The position numbers and the translations under genes are program-made. The notes under the pieces are model-generated. The model saw only the letters and a list, made by a program, of their open reading frames with translations. It was not told where the DNA came from and did not search any database. From Syntrophaceae bacterium (lineage in GTDB: Bacteria > Desulfobacterota > BSN033 > UBA1163), in the NCBI GenBank assembly GCA_013388645.1, contig JACAEV010000197.1:1-62059 (forward strand): a DNA stretch of 62,059 nt, given 5' to 3'. Positions 57,291 to 62,059 of this stretch are shown here, piece after piece; position 1 is the stretch's first letter; the number at the start of each line of letters is the position of its first letter.

Positions 57291-58082
57291 ATGAACATTG
57301 TCGTCTGTATTAAAAGGGTCCCGGAAACAGCTGATGCAGATGTCTCCATCGGCAAATCAGGAAAGGACATCGATAAAAGTGGGCTAGCATTCGATCTGAA
57401 CGAGTGGGACAGCTATGCGATTGAAGAAGCCATCCTGCTCAAAGAGAAATTGGGCGGAACCGTAACGGTCCTTTCTATCGGGGGAGAAGATTCGAACGAA
57501 TCCCTCAGAAAATGTTTAGCCATGGGGGCAGATGATGCCATCCGGTTGACCGATCCTGCTTTTGAAGGGTCAGATGGTTTCGTCACGGCAAAGATTTTGG
57601 CAGAGGCGATTCGAAAAATCCCTTATGACCTCATCCTCACAGGCACTCAAGCCGAAGACGATGGATATGGGCAGGTGGGGGTGGTCTTGGCCGCACTGCT
57701 TGGAATCCCTCATGCCGCTTTAGTCAACCGTCTCGGTGTCCAAGATAAGAATGTAAAGGTTCATCGAGAGTTGGAAGGGGGGGTAGAGGAAGTATTTGAA
57801 CTGGATCTTCCTGCGGTGCTCACTATCCAAACTGGAATCAATGAACCCCGATATGTCTCCATCATGGGAATCCGAAAGGTGGCCAAAAAAGAGATTAAGA
57901 CTTTGGGCACTTCAGATCTCAATCTAAAGGTTGAGGAAGTGGGTCTCACTGGGTCAGATATCCAGCTAGAAAAGATCTTCCTTCCACCGGTTGGTGAAGG
58001 AGCCGAGATGTTAGAGGGAAAACCAGAAGAGATCGCATCGAAAGTATTTGATATTCTGAAAGAAAAAGGAGGGCTCGCCTAA
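57291..58082 (+). CDS. etfB: Electron transfer flavoprotein beta subunit (second copy)
   Basis: 263 aa. Motifs 'MNIVVCIKRVPETAD', 'LSIGGEDSNESLRKCLAMGADDAIRL' and 'LILTGTQAEDDGYGQ'. An AAGGAAGGAGG RBS is present. Confidence 0.9.
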   Translation: MNIVVCIKRVPETADADVSIGKSGKDIDKSGLAFDLNEWDSYAIEEAILLKEKLGGTVTVLSIGGEDSNESLRKCLAMGADDAIRLTDPAFEGSDGFVTAKILAEAIRKIPYDLILTGTQAEDDGYGQVGVVLAALLGIPHAALVNRLGVQDKNVKVHRELEGGVEEVFELDLPAVLTIQTGINEPRYVSIMGIRKVAKKEIKTLGTSDLNLKVEEVGLTGSDIQLEKIFLPPVGEGAEMLEGKPEEIASKVFDILKEKGGLA

Positions 58083-59074
58083 TGAAAGAGATCATCGTCC
58101 TTGCGGAACATCGACGTGGAGAATTGAGAGATGTGACATGGGAGATACTCTCCAAAGGCAGACAATTGTCAGAGAGCATGGGGGCAGAGATAGGAGTCGC
58201 TCTTTTGGGCAAAGGAGTGAGCAAGATCGCCGAGGTTCTCAAACCGAAAGCCCACAGAGTCTTTCTGATCGAGGATGATCGACTCGAGTTTTACAACTCT
58301 GAGACCTATGAAAAAGTTCTGACCCAGCTGATCACAGAAAGGAAACCACCCCTAACCCTAATCGGACATACGGCGATGGGTATGGACTTTGCCCCCAGCC
58401 TTGCAGCTCATTTAAAGATGCCCCTGGCTACGGATTGTATTGGAATCGATGCAGCAGGAGAAGCCTTTTCCCTGACTCGCCAACTCTATGGAGGAAAAGT
58501 GAATGCGAAAGTTTCCTTTTTGAAGAAAGGGCCGTACATGGTAACCGTTCGTTCTGGGGCCTTTCCTGTAATAGAAAAAGAAGCTCTTCTGGGTGAATTG
58601 GTGAAGCTTCCTTCACCCCTGACCGATGAAGGTCTGGCCAAACGGTTTCTCCAGTATGTGGAAGCTGCTGTAGGAGAAGTTGATATTACACAAGCTGATA
58701 TCTTGGTTTCTATAGGAAGAGGAATTAAAGAAGCCGAAAATATTCCGATGGTCAGAGAATTTGCTGATGCCATAGGAGGAACCCTTGCATGCTCCAGGCC
58801 TGTGGTGGATAAGAAATGGTTGCCCAAGGACCGCCAAGTAGGAACATCTGGTAAAACAGTGAAACCAAAGGTTTACATTGCTATTGGTATCAGCGGCGCT
58901 TTCCAGCATATTGCAGGGATGAAAGGTGCAGGCACAGTGATCGCTATTAATAAAGACCCAAAAGCTCCTATCTTCAGCGCCGCGACTTACGGGATTGTGG
59001 CAGACTTATTCAAAATCGTTCCTGTCCTGAAAGATAAGGTTAAAGGCCTTAAGAAAATAAGAGTTACGAGTTAA
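58082..59074 (+). CDS. etfA: Electron transfer flavoprotein alpha subunit (second copy)
   Basis: 330 aa. Motifs 'IIVLAEHRRGELRDVTWEIL' and 'VYIAIGISGAFQHIAGMKGAGTVIAINKDPKAPIF'. Confidence 0.9.
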   Translation: MKEIIVLAEHRRGELRDVTWEILSKGRQLSESMGAEIGVALLGKGVSKIAEVLKPKAHRVFLIEDDRLEFYNSETYEKVLTQLITERKPPLTLIGHTAMGMDFAPSLAAHLKMPLATDCIGIDAAGEAFSLTRQLYGGKVNAKVSFLKKGPYMVTVRSGAFPVIEKEALLGELVKLPSPLTDEGLAKRFLQYVEAAVGEVDITQADILVSIGRGIKEAENIPMVREFADAIGGTLACSRPVVDKKWLPKDRQVGTSGKTVKPKVYIAIGISGAFQHIAGMKGAGTVIAINKDPKAPIFSAATYGIVADLFKIVPVLKDKVKGLKKIRVTS

Positions 59075-59233
59075 GAACTTTGTGAGAGACTAATCATGAA
59101 CACCCAGATAGATAAAGAGCGGCGTTTATATCTGTCAAGTGGAAGGATTTAGAGGCAATTTTAAAGCAAAGATAAAACATAGTCCACGTTATGTATAACC
59201 AATAACCAGAGAAATACAACCGTTGTAAAAAGC

Positions 59234-59476
59234 GTGAATAGATCTGACCGGTTAAAGTTTCGAGTAAGTTTGATATGGGGCTTGGAGAGAGAAAGGCCAT
59301 TTGTATCTCCTCTTCCCATTCGGTTCCTTTCAGCTATATCATCGATTCAAAAAACTGCCTCTTTCTGCAGAAGGGGGGAATGTGGGAAATGCAGGGAGGT
59401 CTGTCCCTCGGGTGCCATCAGTCTCAGGCACTTTAAGACGGAACAAATCATCGCCCAGATTAGAGAAGTCTGTTGA
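59234..59476 (+). other. Orphan ORF carrying a single ferredoxin-like Cys motif; possible gene fragment
   Basis: The 80-aa ORF ends '...SFCRRGECGKCREVCPSGAISLRHFKTEQIIAQIREVC*'. It has no RBS and no flanking domain context. Confidence 0.2.
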
Positions 59477-59580
59477 CCCCAGGTTCGGGTAGGAAACGCC
59501 TACCTGTCCGATAGGCAGGGTTTGAAACCGTTCCCTACAATTGCTAATTGTTGATTGACTATTTTGCATTGAGCCGTTTT

Positions 59581-60103
59581 ATGAAAAAAGGTCTTGTCCA
59601 GGTCTATACGGGAAACGGGAAGGGTAAAATAACGGCAGCATTAGGACTTACCCTCAGGACAGTTGGTCATGGGTAGAAGGTGTTGATGATTCAATTTATG
59701 AAAGGGAATGTCCAATACGGGGAACTGGAGTCCGCTAAGAAACTCCCCCTTATCTGACGATAAAACAGGTCGGTCGAGAAACATTTATCTCAAAACTAAT
59801 CCGGATCCAAAGGAGTTGCAGTTGGCTCAAGAGGGATTTGGAATGGCGAAAAAAGCGATCCGAAACAAAGAATATAACATCGTGATCCTTGGTGAGATCA
59901 ACCTGGCTGTCGATTATGGCCTCATTCCCACCACCGAAATTCTACATCTGATCGATTCCAAACCGGAAGAAATAGAACTCATTCTTACAGGTCGAAATGT
60001 GAAGCACGAAATTCTGGAGAAAGCCGATTTGGTAATAGAAATGGTAGACCAAAAACACTACTACGACAAAGGGGGCCTGGCCCGGAGAGGAATAGATATA
60101 TAA
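59581..60103 (+). pseudogene. cobO: Cob(I)alamin adenosyltransferase (CobO/BtuR type) pseudogene: one nonsense codon plus two frameshifts
   Basis: 'MKKGLVQVYTGNGKGKITAALGLTLRTVGHG*KVLMIQFMKGNVQYGELESAKKLP' has a TAG at 59674-59676. It shifts in C5 (59745-59749) to 'YLTIKQVGRETFISK'. It then shifts in A4 (59792-59795) to 'TNPDPKELQLAQEGFGMAKKAIRNKEYNIVILGEINLAV...LILTGRNVKHEILEKADLVIEMVDQKHYYDKGGLARRGIDI*'. Confidence 0.75.
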
Positions 60104-60274
60104 AAAAGATTAGAATTTATTTTCTTCATAACACTTGACCATTCAAACCCTTAAAAAGCCTTCCACGGTCATGTGGATTGAAGAGAATGCTTGTGTTCTA
60201 TTTAATATGTTACACCTCTGAGAAGCGGAGACTTGAATGGAGGTTATCGTTGCGTCAAGAGATGGAGGAAAGTA

Positions 60275-60949
60275 ATGAAGATTATCAAATCAAAAAGATC
60301 CGAAATATTCGATATTGAATTGAATAAGGACCTTTTGGCCAGGAACAGGAGGTTAGCTAAAGAAAACAGAAAGAGGTTTGATCATTCAAACATATTGGCT
60401 ATCGATATTATGGGTTCGATTGGATCAGGGAAGACTTCTTTGATCAAAAGTATTTTAAAAAGACTTGGGTTGGGGAAGAAAGTGGCTGTTATAGCAGGGG
60501 ACCTTACCACAACTATCGATGCAGAAAGAATCGAGAAGGAAGGAGCCCGTGTGATTCAGGTCAATACTGGAAAAGAGTGCCATCTTGATGCCAACTTGAT
60601 CCGTCAAGCGATAGAGAGGATGAAATTGGGTGGTGTCAAAGTGCTCTTCGTTGAAAACGTGGGGAACCTCATCTGTCCAGGGGAATTTCCTTTAGGAGCT
60701 CATAAAAGGGTTGTCGTGATCTCTGTAACCGAAGGGGCTTATACACTTATAAAACATCCTTATATTTTTAGAGAAGCTGATGTGATTGTTCTCAACAAGA
60801 TCGATCTGGCTAAAGCAATGAAAGTGAACTCCTTCCAGTTGGAAAAGGATGCCAAAAAGATCAATCCTAATGTTCCTTTTATTAAAACGAATGCTCTGAG
60901 TGGAATGGGTGTATCTAAAATCATCAATGTTTTGGGGTTGAGGACCTAA
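60275..60949 (+). CDS. hypB: Hydrogenase nickel-incorporation GTPase HypB
   Basis: Motifs 'MGSIGSGKTSL', 'GKECHLDA', 'VENVGNLICP' and 'LNKIDL'. The start is ATG 60275 after GGAGGA. Confidence 0.88.
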   Translation: MKIIKSKRSEIFDIELNKDLLARNRRLAKENRKRFDHSNILAIDIMGSIGSGKTSLIKSILKRLGLGKKVAVIAGDLTTTIDAERIEKEGARVIQVNTGKECHLDANLIRQAIERMKLGGVKVLFVENVGNLICPGEFPLGAHKRVVVISVTEGAYTLIKHPYIFREADVIVLNKIDLAKAMKVNSFQLEKDAKKINPNVPFIKTNALSGMGVSKIINVLGLRT

Positions 60950-60952
60950 ATC

Positions 60953-61324
60953 ATGCACGAGTTTTCCGTTTCCAGCGAAATTGTAAAAAATGTTCTCGAC
61001 GCAACTCAAAAGAATAAAGGGGGAAAAGTTCTTTCCATCCAATTAGAGATTGGTGAATTGACATTTCTCAATGTGGAACAGGTCACTTTTTGGATTATAG
61101 AATTATTTAAAGGTTCAGTAGCTGAAGGCGCAGAGGTGAAGATTAAAACAATCAATGCCCGAATCCATTGCAAGGTCTGTGGATATAAAGGTGGAATCAG
61201 ATCTGGGCAAAAGAACTCTTTACGGCACTTAGCCCTTTGTAGTTGTCCCAAATGCAATTCTTTCCAATTTAAGACTGAAAGGGGTCAGGAGTGTGTGCTC
61301 CGGAGAATTAAAGCAGTGAAATAG
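60953..61324 (+). CDS. hypA: Hydrogenase nickel-insertion protein HypA
   Basis: 123 aa. It has 'MHEFSVSSEIV' and the zinc site 'CKVCGYKG...CPKCNS'. Confidence 0.88.
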   Translation: MHEFSVSSEIVKNVLDATQKNKGGKVLSIQLEIGELTFLNVEQVTFWIIELFKGSVAEGAEVKIKTINARIHCKVCGYKGGIRSGQKNSLRHLALCSCPKCNSFQFKTERGQECVLRRIKAVK

Positions 61325-61405
61325 ATTTTAAGTTGCACCTCTCTTCACTTTGCTACCAGGGTCATGAAATCGATTCTTCTTAGATCTTATTTTTTGGGGG
61401 ATAAA

Positions 61406-61756
61406 ATGAAATTCGAAAGTTATGGAAACGGTTTTGTGTGTGGTCAAAACAATCCGAAAGGGTTGAAATTGAGTTTTGAGATCGATAAAGAAAAGCAAAC
61501 CCTTAAGTCAAGCTTCGTTGCCGGAGCTACGTTTCAAGGGGCCGATGGCACCGTCCAAAAAAGGGTTCTAACTATTCTGTCAGATGAAGCTGCATCCAAA
61601 TTAGTTTTTGAATTGGGGTATCATGCCCTCACCGCTTCTTTAAAAGTCAGATTCAATAGGCCGGCTCTAATTTTCAAACCTCTTTTTGTTTATGGAGAAA
61701 TTACTGAGATAACCAAGAGATTGATATGGATAGGTTCCTTGAACAAAGGACGCTGA
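61406..61756 (+). CDS. PaaI/4HBT-type hotdog-fold thioesterase, atypical and probably 3'-truncated
   Basis: It has 'FVCGQNNPKGLKLSFEI...' and 'LSDEAASK...TASLKVRFNRP'. The usual 'HGG' is 'QKR', and the protein ends about 20 aa early. The start is ATG 61406. Confidence 0.55.
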   Translation: MKFESYGNGFVCGQNNPKGLKLSFEIDKEKQTLKSSFVAGATFQGADGTVQKRVLTILSDEAASKLVFELGYHALTASLKVRFNRPALIFKPLFVYGEITEITKRLIWIGSLNKGR

Positions 61757-61759
61757 AAC

Positions 61760-61945
61760 ACAGTCCAGAAGAAGTGGTCCATCTTCTCCAATAGGGGGTT
61801 TTGAAGCAGGAGTCGTTCAGAATTCGGAAGACATTGCAAATGATCCTTATCTGAAGGCAAGAGATTTTTTGTGTCATTGGAGCATCCAGTTCTCGGGAAA
61901 ACCTTTACAGATGCCTCCTATATATATATGTTATGTAGACCGTAA
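61760..61945 (+). pseudogene. C-terminal fragment of a family III CoA-transferase with a frameshift in a T6 run
   Basis: '...IGGFEAGVVQNSEDIANDPYLKARDF' shifts at T6 (61865-61870) to 'FVSLEHPVLGKTFTDAS...'. This matches the C-terminal 'DPxLxARxFFxxxxHPxxG' region only; no N-terminal part is present. Confidence 0.5.
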
Positions 61946-62059
61946 AATAGAATTGACCCCGGATCGTCATTTAAAATTGACCCCCTGATCAGATACAATC
62001 TCCTTCAAAAAAGGAAGGAGAAGAGAGGGGATGGTCAGTATGTATGTGTGGCATCAAAT
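61934..62059 (+). mobile_element. Left end of an IS21-family-like insertion sequence (terminal TGT, subterminal direct repeats, start of an istA-like ORF running off the window)
   Basis: TGTAGACCG starts at 61934. The direct repeat AATTGACCCC occurs at 61951-61960 and 61975-61984. GGAAGGAG is followed by ATG 62031 'MVSMYVWHQ...'. This is a short sequence, so the call is tentative. Confidence 0.35.

Noticed and set aside
59488-59560. A hairpin (GGTAGG-AAACG-CCTACC) and structured leader just upstream of cobO, as a possible cobalamin riboswitch.
   Set aside because: I could not find the conserved B12-box (GCCACTG-like) or the GGGAA/GGTG core elements. The region is too short and non-canonical.
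59674-59676. The in-frame TAG in cobO as a possible pyrrolysine codon.
   Set aside because: The same gene also has two frameshifts. CobO is not a known Pyl protein. TAG is used as a normal terminator elsewhere in the window (for example at 2098-2100). A nonsense mutation is the simpler reading.
1-62059. A scan for CRISPR arrays, tRNA/rRNA genes, a reverse transcriptase/DGR, and toxin-antitoxin or defence-system genes.
   Set aside because: I saw no regularly spaced direct repeats, no cloverleaf-like or rRNA-like segments in the intergenic regions, and no ORFs with such motifs. The window is essentially all metabolic genes plus IS debris.

Overview
This ~62-kb window is an acyl-CoA catabolic super-cluster with the enzyme set of a strict anaerobe: ferredoxin-, ETF-, B12- and Fe-S-dependent enzymes, no oxygenases, and GGAGG-type ribosome-binding sites. 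From 8.7 to 61.8 kb essentially every gene is on the + strand with short spacers. The order is as follows. (1) IS21/XRE debris, a family III CoA-transferase, and an ADP-forming acyl-CoA-synthetase alpha-like protein that lacks its phosphohistidine loop. (2) A minus-strand PaaK-like ligase, a crotonase and a tandem-domain TetR regulator, followed by a 500-bp AT-rich divergent control region. (3) A MenB/BadI-like hydrolase, a BadH-like SDR, an ACAD, a thiolase, a 3-hydroxyacyl-CoA dehydrogenase and a crotonase, which looks like alicyclic ring cleavage plus beta-oxidation. (4) Two paralogous Liv-type ABC importers, each with a ~620-aa acyl-CoA ligase inside the operon, plus extra ligases and a crotonase. 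(5) IorAB, an HgdAB/BcrBC-family radical-enzyme pair with no activating ATPase in the window, a nitroreductase-fold protein, a D-2-hydroxyacid dehydrogenase, a split and highly divergent B12 acyl-CoA mutase interrupted by a CrtI-like flavoenzyme, ACAD-EtfBA, a ligase and a Cys-rich Fe-S protein. (6) A crotonase, three tandem ACADs (the third lacks its catalytic Glu and FAD motif) and an alpha-methylacyl-CoA racemase. (7) A decaying tail: DUF2889, DUF6125 and cobO pseudogenes, an intact second EtfBA, hypBA, a truncated thioesterase, a CoA-transferase fragment, and the left end of an IS21-family element. I saw no rRNA, tRNA or CRISPR. The best candidate for something undescribed is the 33.6-49.9 kb module, which combines the activator-less HGD-D pair, IOR and a non-canonical B12 mutase. 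All functional calls come from reading motifs in the supplied translations. No database search was run.
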